64,000 nt of DNA from Actinomycetes bacterium (GTDB taxonomy: Bacteria; Actinomycetota; Thermoleophilia; BMS3ABIN01), in contig JAJRWQ010000042.1 in NCBI GenBank assembly GCA_024276735.1, positions 4,563-68,562 of the forward strand, read 5' to 3'. Of the stretch, positions 1 through 9,070 are shown piece after piece; the stretch's first letter is position 1; every line of letters starts with the position of its first letter. The position numbers and the translations under genes are program-made. Under the pieces are notes generated by a model that was not told the origin of the DNA, did not search any database, and saw nothing but the letters and a program-made list of their open reading frames with translations.

Positions 1-2
1 CC

Positions 3-1064
3 TGCCAGGTGTCGCACATGGTGGCCGCCGGCAACACCACCATGACCCACCTGCTCACCGGTGTCGATCCCACCTACATCCGCATCGACCCCTACGTGCC
101 GGCGGCGGCCTTCCTGCCCCCGGTGCGGGCGGCGGACCTGGGCATCGAGGCCTGCCGGCACGTGCACCTCTACACCTTCCCCTGCGTCTCCAGCTACGTG
201 GGCGGTGACATCGTCAGCGGCATCATCGGTTCCGGGGTCTTCCGGACGGACAAGGTAACGCTCTACATCGACATCGGCACCAACGGCGAGGCGGTGGTGG
301 GCAACCGCGAATGGCTGGTGGCCACCTCCTGCAGCGCCGGCCCCGCCTTCGAGGGCGGCGGCATCAGGCACGGCATGAGGGCCACCCGCGGTGCCATCGA
401 GGCGGTGCAGGTGGAGCCCGCCACCGGCGAGCCCCACATCCTCACCATCGGCGGCAGGAAGCCGCTGGGGATCTGCGGCACCGGCATCATCGACGCCGTG
501 GCCGAGCTCCTGGAGGCGGGCATCCTGGAGCAGAACGGCAAGTTCAACCAGGAGGCGGAGGGTGAATGGCTGCGGCGCGACCAGGACGGCCAGTGGGAGT
601 ACGTGCTGGTGCGCGAGGAGTACACCGCTTCCGGCCGCGGCGACATCGTCATTACCGAGCCAGACATCGACAACCTGATGCGGGCCAAGGGGGCCATCTT
701 CGCCGGCGTCAGTACCCTGCTGGACAGCGTGGGCATGACCATGGAAGCGGTGGAGCAGGTTTACGTGGCCGGCGGCTTCGGCAAGTACCTGCAGCTGGAC
801 CGGGCGGCGGCGATCGGCCTCTTCCCGGAGATGGACGCCGAGCGCTTCACCTTCGTGGGCAACGGCTCGCTCCTGGGAGCGCGCCTGGTCTCCTTCTCGC
901 GGGAGATGCTGGCGGCGGCGGAGCAGGTGGCGAAGATGATGACCAACATCGAGCTCTCCGACAACCAGCAGTGCATGGACGAATACATGGCGGCGCTCTT
1001 CTTTCCCCACACGGACATGCAGTGGTTCCCGCGCATGGAGCGGATCCTGGGGAAGCTGAAGTAG
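3..1064 (+). CDS. acsV: Corrinoid reductive activase RACo/AcsV (ASKHA ATPase), 5'-truncated by the window edge
   Basis: Motifs SYVGGDI, IDIGTNGE, CSAGPAFEG, GICGTG and AGGFG; located beside acs genes. Confidence 0.88.
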   Translation, partial: CQVSHMVAAGNTTMTHLLTGVDPTYIRIDPYVPAAAFLPPVRAADLGIEACRHVHLYTFPCVSSYVGGDIVSGIIGSGVFRTDKVTLYIDIGTNGEAVVGNREWLVATSCSAGPAFEGGGIRHGMRATRGAIEAVQVEPATGEPHILTIGGRKPLGICGTGIIDAVAELLEAGILEQNGKFNQEAEGEWLRRDQDGQWEYVLVREEYTASGRGDIVITEPDIDNLMRAKGAIFAGVSTLLDSVGMTMEAVEQVYVAGGFGKYLQLDRAAAIGLFPEMDAERFTFVGNGSLLGARLVSFSREMLAAAEQVAKMMTNIELSDNQQCMDEYMAALFFPHTDMQWFPRMERILGKLK

Positions 1065-1273
1065 GCGGGCGGGGCGATGGAGCGGGCCCCGCCGGGGACG
1101 AAGTGCCGGCGGGGACAGCTTTGCCGGAAAGCCGCTCCAGTTCCCGGGCTCGTCCACTTGCGAAAGGGCTTGCCGCACCGGAGCGGCCCGACCGCAAGAG
1201 GGAGGGTGGCTGCGGGAAAACAGTAAGGGAGAAAGCAGGTGCACCCGCGGTCGTGCGGAGCACCCAGGGAGGC

Positions 1274-2044
1274 ATGGCACGCAAAATGGCGACGATAGCA
1301 GTGGCGGGAAAAGGGGGCACCGGCAAGACCACCATCTGCGCGCTGGCGATCCGCTACCTGCTGGAGCAGGGTGAGACGCCGGTGCTGGCGGTGGACGCCG
1401 ATCCCAACTACAACCTGGGGCAGACCCTGGGCGTGGAGGTGGGCATCACCGTGGGCGCCGCCCGCGAACAGGGCTTCGCCGGCGACCGCGACATCCCTTC
1501 CGGCATGACCAAGGACGACTTCGTCGAGTACAAGATCCAGGAGGCGCTGGCGGAGTCGGAGGGCTTCGACCTGCTCACCATGGGCCGGCCCGAGGGCGCC
1601 GGCTGCTACTGCTTCGCCAACAACATCATCCGCCGCTACATGGACGCCCTCGCCGACGACTACCGGCACGTGGTGATGGACAACGAGGCGGGCCTGGAGC
1701 ACCTGTCGCGGCGGACCACGCGCCGTACCGACGTGCTGCTGGTGGTGGCCGACGCCGGCATCAGGGGCATCGGCGCCGCGCGGCGGGTGCTGGACCTGGC
1801 GGCGGAGATGGAGATCGAGGTGGGGGAGAGCCTCTTCGTGCTCAACCGGGCGGACGCGTCGGCCCGGGACGCGCTGATGCCGGAAATCGAGCGCCTGGAG
1901 CTGCCACTGGCGGCGGTGATCCCCGAGGACCCGGCGCTGTTCGAGGCGGAGGTGGCCGGCCGCTCGCTGCTGGAGCTCACGGACGAGGCGCCGTCAGTTG
2001 ACGCCGCGGCACCGCTTTTTGATAAGATTTTCGCCACGGCCTGA
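1274..2044 (+). CDS. cooC: CODH/ACS nickel-insertion ATPase CooC/AcsF
   Basis: GKGGTGKTT, VDADPN, GCYC and DNEAGLEHLSR motifs; GGGAGG RBS before ATG 1274 (the long 566 start is spurious). Confidence 0.93.
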   Translation: MARKMATIAVAGKGGTGKTTICALAIRYLLEQGETPVLAVDADPNYNLGQTLGVEVGITVGAAREQGFAGDRDIPSGMTKDDFVEYKIQEALAESEGFDLLTMGRPEGAGCYCFANNIIRRYMDALADDYRHVVMDNEAGLEHLSRRTTRRTDVLLVVADAGIRGIGAARRVLDLAAEMEIEVGESLFVLNRADASARDALMPEIERLELPLAAVIPEDPALFEAEVAGRSLLELTDEAPSVDAAAPLFDKIFATA

Positions 2045-2127
2045 CGGCGGCAGAGCCGTTGCGGTAGCCCGGGCGGACGAGCCGCCCGCAGGCCCGGCCA
2101 GCTTTGAAGCGAAGGGAGAGGAACAAG

Positions 2128-2985
2128 ATGGCGGCATCGATCATCGACGGCAAGCAGATCGCGGCGGACGTCCGCGCCGAGGTGGCGGCGGAGGTTAAGA
2201 AGATGCAGGCCGCCGGCGGGCCCACCCCGGGTCTGGCGGTGGTGCTGGTGGGGGAAGACCCTGCCTCCCAGGTCTACGTGAACAACAAGGATAAGGCCTG
2301 CCAGGAGGTGGGCTTCAACTCCTTCAAGCACGAGCTGCCGGCGGACACCAGCGAAGAGGACCTGCTGGCCCTGGTGGAGGAGCTCAATGGCAGGGAGGAC
2401 GTGCACGGCATCCTGGTGCAGCTGCCGCTGCCGGGCCACATCGACGCCGAGCGGGTGCTCATGGCCATCAGCCCCGACAAGGACGTCGACGGCTTTCACC
2501 CCATGAACGTGGGCCGACTGGCGGTGGGAGCGCCGGTGTTCGTCTCCTGCACGCCCGCCGGGGTCATCGAGCTGCTCAAGCGCAGCGGCGCCGAGCTCGA
2601 GGGGGCCGACGCCGTGGTGGTGGGCCGCAGCAACATCGTCGGCAAGCCGGTGGCGCTCCTGCTATTGCAGGAAAATTGTACGGTGACCATCTGTCATTCC
2701 CGCACGAAGGACCTGGCCGCCGTCTGCCGCGGGGCGGACGTGCTGGTGGCGGCGGTGGGTGTCCCGGAGATGATCAAGGGCGACTGGGTCAAGGAAGGCG
2801 CCACCGTGATCGACGTGGGCATCAACCGCACCGACGACGGCCTGGTGGGCGACGTGGAGTTCGAGGCCGCCGCCGAGCGGGCGCGGGCGATCACGCCGGT
2901 GCCGGGCGGGGTGGGGCCGATGACCATCGCCATGCTGCTGAAGAATACCCTGTTGGCGGCGGAGCTCGCCAGCCGGGACCGATAG
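2128..2985 (+). CDS. folD: Methylene-THF dehydrogenase/cyclohydrolase
   Basis: [17 protein letters not shown] and [11 protein letters not shown] motifs. Confidence 0.97.
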   Translation: MAASIIDGKQIAADVRAEVAAEVKKMQAAGGPTPGLAVVLVGEDPASQVYVNNKDKACQEVGFNSFKHELPADTSEEDLLALVEELNGREDVHGILVQLPLPGHIDAERVLMAISPDKDVDGFHPMNVGRLAVGAPVFVSCTPAGVIELLKRSGAELEGADAVVVGRSNIVGKPVALLLLQENCTVTICHSRTKDLAAVCRGADVLVAAVGVPEMIKGDWVKEGATVIDVGINRTDDGLVGDVEFEAAAERARAITPVPGGVGPMTIAMLLKNTLLAAELASRDR

Positions 2986-3081
2986 CATTGTGCAAACGCG
3001 GCAAACCGGCTCAGGGTGTTTTTTCGCCGCAGCCGGGTAAGGTATCAGGAAACGGAAAAACCGGATCGGATGGAGGCAGAG

Positions 3082-3588
3082 ATGAAATGGAAGTTTCTGG
3101 TTTTCATGGTGCTGGCAGCCATGTTCCTGGCGGTGGGCACGGGGACGGCGCTGGCGAACTGCGGCTCGGTGACGTTCAGCATCACGCCCAACAGCGGCCC
3201 CGCGGGCACGTCGGTAAATGCCAGCGGTGACGGGGCGATGTCCGACGACAGTTACTCCATCTACTGGGATACCGTCTCGGGCCAGCCGCTCTACTCGGGT
3301 ACCACCGACAACGGCGGCGGTTTCCAGGCCACGGTGACGGTGCCGGCGAATGCCACGCCCGGCGCCCACAGCATCATCTTCAGCGGCCTCGATTACAGCG
3401 AGGATACCGTGGAGTGCCCGCAGACCTTCACGGTCACCGGCGCCACCGGCAACGAGACCGTGCAGCAGGACGCCTACACCCAGGCCCGCACCACCATGCC
3501 CGAGACCGGCGCCTTTCTGCTGCCGGCGGGGCTGTTGGCGGCGGCGGGCACCGGGCTGCTGCTGGCCCGCAGGCGGAACCGGCCGTAG
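3082..3588 (+). CDS. Secreted Ig-like protein with LPXTG-like (MPETG) sorting signal, paralog 1
   Basis: N-terminal signal peptide; C-terminal MPETG, hydrophobic segment and RRRNRP tail; GGAGG RBS. Confidence 0.8.
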   Translation: MKWKFLVFMVLAAMFLAVGTGTALANCGSVTFSITPNSGPAGTSVNASGDGAMSDDSYSIYWDTVSGQPLYSGTTDNGGGFQATVTVPANATPGAHSIIFSGLDYSEDTVECPQTFTVTGATGNETVQQDAYTQARTTMPETGAFLLPAGLLAAAGTGLLLARRRNRP

Positions 3589-3675
3589 CGGCGAATTACC
3601 TGTTCGGATGCAAGGAAGGCGGCAAGCGTGGCGGAGCCCGCCACGGGAGCTCACGTAAAGAAGACTGGAGGCAAG

Positions 3676-4191
3676 ATGAAAGTCAGGTTGTTGTTCACGA
3701 TGGTAGTAGCGCTGGTGATCATGTCCGCGCTTGCCGGCACTGCCGCGGCCCAGGGCGACTGCGGCACCATTGAAGTCTCCCTGGATCCCACCCAGGGCCA
3801 GGCAGGCACGCAGGTGACGGTGACCGCCACCGGCGCCTACTACGACAACGTGTATCAAATCTACTGGGACTCTCCCAACGGCGAGCTGCTGGCATCGGGC
3901 AGGACCAATTACTCGGGCGAGGCCACCGATACGGTCACCGTTCCCACCAACGCCACACCGGGGCTCCACGAGATCATCTTCAGCAGCACCGACTCCGACG
4001 ACTATGACCGGGACTGCCCGGCGGACTTCACCGTGACCGAAACGCAGTCGGGCGGCACCGCGCCCACCGTCCAGCAGGACGCCTACACCCAGGCCCGCAC
4101 CACCATGCCCAGCACCGGCTTCTTCCTGCTGCCGGCCGCGGGGCTCGTGGCAGGCGGCGCGGCCCTGCTCTACCGGCGGCGGCGCCAGTAA
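3676..4191 (+). CDS. Secreted Ig-like protein with MPSTG sorting signal, paralog 2
   Basis: Signal peptide; MPSTG, TM segment and RRRRQ tail; clearly similar to the neighbouring paralogs. Confidence 0.8.
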   Translation: MKVRLLFTMVVALVIMSALAGTAAAQGDCGTIEVSLDPTQGQAGTQVTVTATGAYYDNVYQIYWDSPNGELLASGRTNYSGEATDTVTVPTNATPGLHEIIFSSTDSDDYDRDCPADFTVTETQSGGTAPTVQQDAYTQARTTMPSTGFFLLPAAGLVAGGAALLYRRRRQ

Positions 4192-4228
4192 CAGACCGCG
4201 CTGAACCGGGTACCTGCGCAGCAATGAC

Positions 4229-4262
4229 CGGGAAGCGGCCCCAGGGCCGCTTCCCGTTTTTT
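4229..4262 (+). terminator. Intrinsic terminator
   Basis: CGGGAAGCGGCCC-CA-GGGCCGCTTCCCG followed by TTTTTT. Confidence 0.85.
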
Positions 4263-4377
4263 ATAACTGCCATTTGCGTTGCCCTGGCCCATGGGATAGC
4301 CTTCCTGTCAGCTATATTTCTGTTTCCTCTGGCTAGGAACCGGGAAAGCCTTTACTGATCGGCCGGAGGAGGCAGTC

Positions 4378-4887
4378 ATGAAAAAGAAATGGTTGATCAC
4401 GGCGCTGGTGGCGCTGGTAGCAGTACTGGTACTGGCGGCTCCCGCCACGGCGCTGGAGGGCAACTGCGGCACCATCTCATTTACCCTGGCCCCGAACCAG
4501 GGCCCCGGGGGCACGCAGGTCACCGCCAGCGGATCCGGCGTAATGCCCGACTTCCCCTTCGGGATCTACTGGGAATCGATATCCGGCGACCTGCTCGTTT
4601 CCGGGACGTCGACCACCGGCGGTGATTACAGCGCTGTTTTCAACATTCCCGCCGATGCCGCTACCGGGGCCCACGACGTGGTCTTCTTCGGCACCCAGGA
4701 CAACGAGCAGCCCGCGGCCTGCACCCGGGTCTTCACCGTGACCGCGGCGACTGCCGGCGGGGGCGTCCAGCCCGACGCCTACACCCAGTCCCGCACCAAC
4801 ATGCCCGAGACCGGCGCCTTCCTGCTGCCGGCGGGGCTGTTGGCGGCGGCGGGTGCCGGGTTGCTACTGGCGCGCAGGCGCAGGTAG
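4378..4887 (+). CDS. Secreted Ig-like protein with MPETG sorting signal, paralog 3
   Basis: Signal peptide; MPETG, TM segment and RRRR tail; GGAGGAGG RBS. Confidence 0.8.
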   Translation: MKKKWLITALVALVAVLVLAAPATALEGNCGTISFTLAPNQGPGGTQVTASGSGVMPDFPFGIYWESISGDLLVSGTSTTGGDYSAVFNIPADAATGAHDVVFFGTQDNEQPAACTRVFTVTAATAGGGVQPDAYTQSRTNMPETGAFLLPAGLLAAAGAGLLLARRRR

Positions 4888-4934
4888 CCGAAGAGAATCA
4901 CCGGCCCCGCGCCGGTGCGGTACCCGATGAATGC

Positions 4935-4962
4935 GAAGAGGCGGCCGATCGGCCGCCTCTTC
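4935..4962. terminator. Perfect 28-bp palindrome between convergent genes (probable terminator)
   Basis: GAAGAGGCGGCCGATCGGCCGCCTCTTC. Confidence 0.65.
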
Positions 4963-5013
4963 ACCTTGCTGGAGCATATCTCGGCGCGGAAATGTTCCCC
5001 ACCGAGCCGGGAG

Positions 5014-5346
5014 CTACCCGGCGCCGAGAAAGGTTAGCACCTCGTCCGCCGGCCGGGGCAGGCCGGCGATCTTCCAGGCGACCAGGGGGTCGATGAACTC
5101 TTCCTCGACACAGTCATCCGGCTGGTGCACGTTCTTGCAAACGCTCCTGATCACCGGGAAGAAGCCGTGCTTGCGGAAGTACTGGCGCATGAACATCAGG
5201 ATATCCAGCTGGTCGTAGGTGAGCGGCGCCAGGCCCAGGTTGTCCGCCAGCGCGTTGGCGACGGTGTCGTTCCAGGCCTCGAAGTCCTCCAGGTAACCCT
5301 CGTCGTCCACCTTCACCGTCTGGCCCGAGTAGTGCAATACTGGCAT
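5014..5346 (-). CDS. TusE/DsrC/DsvC-family protein lacking the C-terminal cysteines
   Basis: VDDEGYL..F..WN..VA, MRQYF and KIAGLPRP motifs; ends ADEVLTFLGAG with no terminal Cys. Confidence 0.8.
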   Translation of the reverse strand: MPVLHYSGQTVKVDDEGYLEDFEAWNDTVANALADNLGLAPLTYDQLDILMFMRQYFRKHGFFPVIRSVCKNVHQPDDCVEEEFIDPLVAWKIAGLPRPADEVLTFLGAG

Positions 5347-5366
5347 TACCATCGCCTCCAGGCTGA

Positions 5367-5642
5367 TCAGCGGCCGGCGCTGCCGATGCCGACCTCTTCT
5401 TCCAGGTCCTTGGCATACTGCTCGATGAGGACGCCCAGGTAGAGGCACTGGCGCCCTTCCATGCACTCGTCGGCATCCTTGGCGGCCAGGAAGGCGTAGC
5501 GGCTGTGATCTCCCTTGACGAACCTCACCACCCAGGAGTCACGATCGGCATCGAAAGAGAGCTCGATGTCGATGCCCTCCCGTGCAAGCTCCGGGTACAT
5601 GGATGCCAGTTTTTTCTTCAGATCGTCGGCGGTGTATGGCAT
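5367..5642 (-). CDS. Small hypothetical protein (91 aa, C-x5-C), apparently co-transcribed with the DsrC-like gene
   Basis: Clean ORF with GGAGG RBS; sequence DADECMEGRQCLYLG. Confidence 0.7.
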   Translation of the reverse strand: MPYTADDLKKKLASMYPELAREGIDIELSFDADRDSWVVRFVKGDHSRYAFLAAKDADECMEGRQCLYLGVLIEQYAKDLEEEVGIGSAGR

Positions 5643-5837
5643 GGCGAACCTCCAGGGAATTCGGAAACCTTGTGCCGCGGTTCGTCCGCGTTTGCACCCT
5701 TAACCTTTACTATCCCCCCGGTGCCCTTTTTTACTCATTCGCCCGGCGGCGGCAGTCCCGGGAACGGGCTGCGCGTGGGCCGCCGCTGTGGATTTTCCCG
5801 GGCGGCCCCGGATGTGACGCATGTCATGGCGTCGATA

Positions 5838-5867
5838 TTGACCCCGCCCGCACCGCGATGGTAATAT
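5838..5867 (+). promoter_or_regulatory. Sigma70-type promoter for the acs operon
   Basis: TTGACC-N18-TAATAT with an extended -10 TG. Confidence 0.55.
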
Positions 5868-6113
5868 CTGCCTTTAATGCAGGCCCGCTGCAGGGCGATA
5901 GCCCGCGGGTACCGGGTGGGGAACGGGCCTGCTGGTGAGGCCGGACTGGCACCATGCCGTAAAACGGCCCGCCGATGAATTTGGGTCCGAGTCGCAACGG
6001 CGCCGATCCCGTGAGGGCTGCGCCCAGCGTCTCGAACCTTTATTTTTCGCAAAAAAAGGGCGCCGCGGCAGCAGCCGCGCCCGCAGGCGAACATCTTGAA
6101 GGAGTGGATTGCC

Positions 6114-7061
6114 TTGTCTTTCGATGCACCGGTTGAGACATGCAAGGGCAACATCAGGGAAGTAGTGGTCGGCAGCGACGGCCGCATCGGCGGCGAGCAG
6201 ACCTTTCCCTTCCACCTGTGGGAGGGTGACATTCCCAACCCGCCGATGATCGCCATGGAGGTCTACGACGAGCCGCAGCCGGAGTGGCCGGAAGCGGTGC
6301 GCAAGGTGTACGAGGACGTGATGGACGACCCCGTCGCCTGGGCCAAGAAGTGCGTGGACCAGTTCGGCGCCGACGCGCTCTGCCTGCAACTCAGGAGCAC
6401 CGATCCCAACGGCACCGACGCCTCGCCGGAGGACGCCGCCGAGACGGTGAAGCAGGTGGCGGAGGCCGTGGACGTGCCCCTTTTCGTCTATGGCACCGCC
6501 TCCCCGGACAAGGACGCCGAGGTGCTGAAGAAGGTGGCGGAGGCGCTGCCGGACGAGAACATTCCCCTGGGACCCGTCGACGAGGCCAACCACCGGCTGA
6601 TCGGCGCCGCCGCCATGGGTTACAAGAAGCCGGTAGTGGCATTCACCTCCATGGATGTCAACCTGGCCAAGCAGCTCAACGTGCTGCTGGTGCAGCTGGG
6701 AGTGCCGGAGGACAAGATCATCATGGACCCCACCACCGGCGCCTTGGGCTACGGCCTCGAGTATTGCTATTCTATTATGGAGAGGGATCGGCTGGCCGCC
6801 CTGCTGCAGGGTGACGACAAGATGCAGATGCCGATCTTCAACAACCTGGCCCCGGAGACCTGGAAGGCCAAGGAATCCCGGGTCAGCGAAGAGGAGGAAC
6901 CCACCTACGGGGACGTGGAGACCCGGGGCATCCTCTGGGAGGCAATCACCGCTGCGACTCTTCTCCTGGCAGGTACCGACGTCCTGGTGATGCGGCATCC
7001 ACGGGCTGTGGAACTGGTGCGTACCGCCATCGAAGGTCTCCAGGCACAATCCAAGGAGTAA
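6114..7061 (+). CDS. acsD: Corrinoid Fe-S protein small subunit
   Basis: DVNLAKQLN, MDPTTGALGYGLEY and MRHP motifs; TTG start after AAGGAG. Confidence 0.93.
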   Translation: MSFDAPVETCKGNIREVVVGSDGRIGGEQTFPFHLWEGDIPNPPMIAMEVYDEPQPEWPEAVRKVYEDVMDDPVAWAKKCVDQFGADALCLQLRSTDPNGTDASPEDAAETVKQVAEAVDVPLFVYGTASPDKDAEVLKKVAEALPDENIPLGPVDEANHRLIGAAAMGYKKPVVAFTSMDVNLAKQLNVLLVQLGVPEDKIIMDPTTGALGYGLEYCYSIMERDRLAALLQGDDKMQMPIFNNLAPETWKAKESRVSEEEEPTYGDVETRGILWEAITAATLLLAGTDVLVMRHPRAVELVRTAIEGLQAQSKE

Positions 7062-7069
7062 CGAGTAAC

Positions 7070-9034
7070 ATGAGCGATTCCGCAGAAAAGAAAAGCAAGA
7101 AGAAAAAGGAAGAGCGACCCAAGAGCATCGACCAGGCAGCCCTGGAGATGCTGGAGATAGCCGCCGAGGAGGGCATTGGCACCGTCTTCTCACGCGTGGA
7201 CGAGATGAAGGCCTGCCCCATCGGCGCCGCCGGTTCCTGCTGCCAGCTCTGCGCCATGGGACCCTGTCGCCTGGTGGGCAAGGGCGCCGAGGAGAAGACC
7301 GGCATCTGCGGCGCCACCCACGGCACCATCGGCTCCCGTTTCATCGTGCGGGCCGTGGCCGCGGGCGTGGCGGCGCACTCCGACCACGGCCGTGACATCG
7401 CCCGCACCCTGCTGGCGCTGTCCAAGGGCGAGGTCCAGGGCTACGAGATCAAGGACCCGGAAAAGCTGAACCGGGTGGCGGAGATGCTGGGCGTCGAGAC
7501 CGAGGGCCGCGAGATCATGGAGATCGCCGGTGACGTGGCCCGCAAGGCGCTGGACAATTTCAACGGCGTGGTGGAGGACGGGCTCTCCTACGTGGCGCGG
7601 GCGCCGGAAAAGCGCCAGGAGCTCTGGCGCAAGCTGGGCCTGGTGCCCCGCGGCGTGGACCGCGAAGTGGTGGAGAGCATGCACCGCACCCACGTGGGCG
7701 TGGACCAGGACGTGGAGCACCTGCTGGACCAGGCCCTGAGGACCTCGCTCTCCGACGGCTGGGGCGGCGCCATGCTGGCCACCGACCTCTCCGACGTGCT
7801 CTTCGGCACCCCGAAGCCGCTGGTTTCGGAGGCGAACCTGGGGGTGCTCAAGGAGGACGAGGTGAACATCCTCGTCCACGGCCACGAGCCCACGCTCTCG
7901 GAGATGATCGTGGCCGCGGCCCAGAAGCCGGAGATGATCGAGTACGCCAAGAGCAAGGGGGCCAAGGGCATCAACCTGGCGGGCATCTGCTGTACCGCCA
8001 ACGAGGTGCTGATGCGCCACGGCATCTCCCCGGCAGGCAACTTCCTGCACCAGGAGCTGGCGATCATCACCGGCTCGGTGGACGCGATGATCGTCGACGT
8101 GCAGTGCGTGCTGCAGGCGCTCTCGCCGCTGGCACAGAAATACCACACCAAGCTGATCACCACCTCTCCCAAGGCCAAGATCCCAGGCGCCGTGCACGTG
8201 GAGTTCGACGAGCAGCGGGCGATGGAGATCGCCGAGGAGATCGTGCGCATGGGCGTGGACAACTACGAGAACCGGGGCGAGGTGAGGATTCCCAGCCAGA
8301 AGGGCGACCTGGTGGCCGGTTTCTCGCACGAGTATATCAACTACATGCTGGGCGGGCGCTACCGGGCTTCCTTCCGGCCGCTGAACGACAACATCATCAA
8401 CGGCCGCATCCAGGGAGCGGTGGCGATCGTCGGCTGCAACAATCCCCGGGTCACCCAGGACGCGGGCATCGTCTACCTGACCCGGGAGCTGATCAAGCGC
8501 GACGTGCTGGTGGTGCAGACGGGTTGCGCCGCCCACGCTTCCGGCAAGCACGGACTGCTGATGCCGGAGATGATGGAGGAAGCGGGCGACGGCCTGCGCG
8601 AGGTGTGCGAGGCGGTAGGCATGCCGCCGGTGCTGCACCTGGGCAGCTGCGTCGACAACTCGCGCATCCTCACCGTGCTCAGCCAGGTGGTCGAGGAAGG
8701 CGGCCTGGGCGAGGACATCTCCGACCTGCCGGTGGCGGCCATATGCCCCGAGTACTACTGCGAGAAGGCGCTGGCCATCGGCACTTACGCTGCGGCCTCC
8801 GGGGTCTACGTCGTCTTCGGCGTGCGCAACCCGGTGGAGGACTGCAAGGAAGTAGTGGAGATGATGAGCAACGGCTGGGAGGAGAAGGTCGGCGGACAGC
8901 TGCTCTTCGAGCCCGACTACGAAAAGGTACTGGAGATGGTGACCGGCCGCATCCAGGAGAAGCGCGTCGCCCTTGGCATCCACGAGGAGAAGGAACGGGT
9001 GCTGATGGACATGGCGGCGCGGCGCGAACTGTAA
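7070..9034 (+). CDS. cooS: Anaerobic Ni-CO dehydrogenase catalytic subunit (AcsA)
   Basis: CxxCxMGPC, HSDH, HGHEP, GICCTANE, GCNN and GSCVDN motifs. Confidence 0.97.
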   Translation: MSDSAEKKSKKKKEERPKSIDQAALEMLEIAAEEGIGTVFSRVDEMKACPIGAAGSCCQLCAMGPCRLVGKGAEEKTGICGATHGTIGSRFIVRAVAAGVAAHSDHGRDIARTLLALSKGEVQGYEIKDPEKLNRVAEMLGVETEGREIMEIAGDVARKALDNFNGVVEDGLSYVARAPEKRQELWRKLGLVPRGVDREVVESMHRTHVGVDQDVEHLLDQALRTSLSDGWGGAMLATDLSDVLFGTPKPLVSEANLGVLKEDEVNILVHGHEPTLSEMIVAAAQKPEMIEYAKSKGAKGINLAGICCTANEVLMRHGISPAGNFLHQELAIITGSVDAMIVDVQCVLQALSPLAQKYHTKLITTSPKAKIPGAVHVEFDEQRAMEIAEEIVRMGVDNYENRGEVRIPSQKGDLVAGFSHEYINYMLGGRYRASFRPLNDNIINGRIQGAVAIVGCNNPRVTQDAGIVYLTRELIKRDVLVVQTGCAAHASGKHGLLMPEMMEEAGDGLREVCEAVGMPPVLHLGSCVDNSRILTVLSQVVEEGGLGEDISDLPVAAICPEYYCEKALAIGTYAAASGVYVVFGVRNPVEDCKEVVEMMSNGWEEKVGGQLLFEPDYEKVLEMVTGRIQEKRVALGIHEEKERVLMDMAARREL

Positions 9035-9070
9035 GCGCCGGGAACCGGTTGCAGGACTGAAAGGAATGCC

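Noticed and set aside
2990..3060. GGCAAACC seed resembling a second c-di-GMP riboswitch ahead of surface paralog 1
   Set aside because: The downstream GG.CGCAAAG junction and P3 elements are missing
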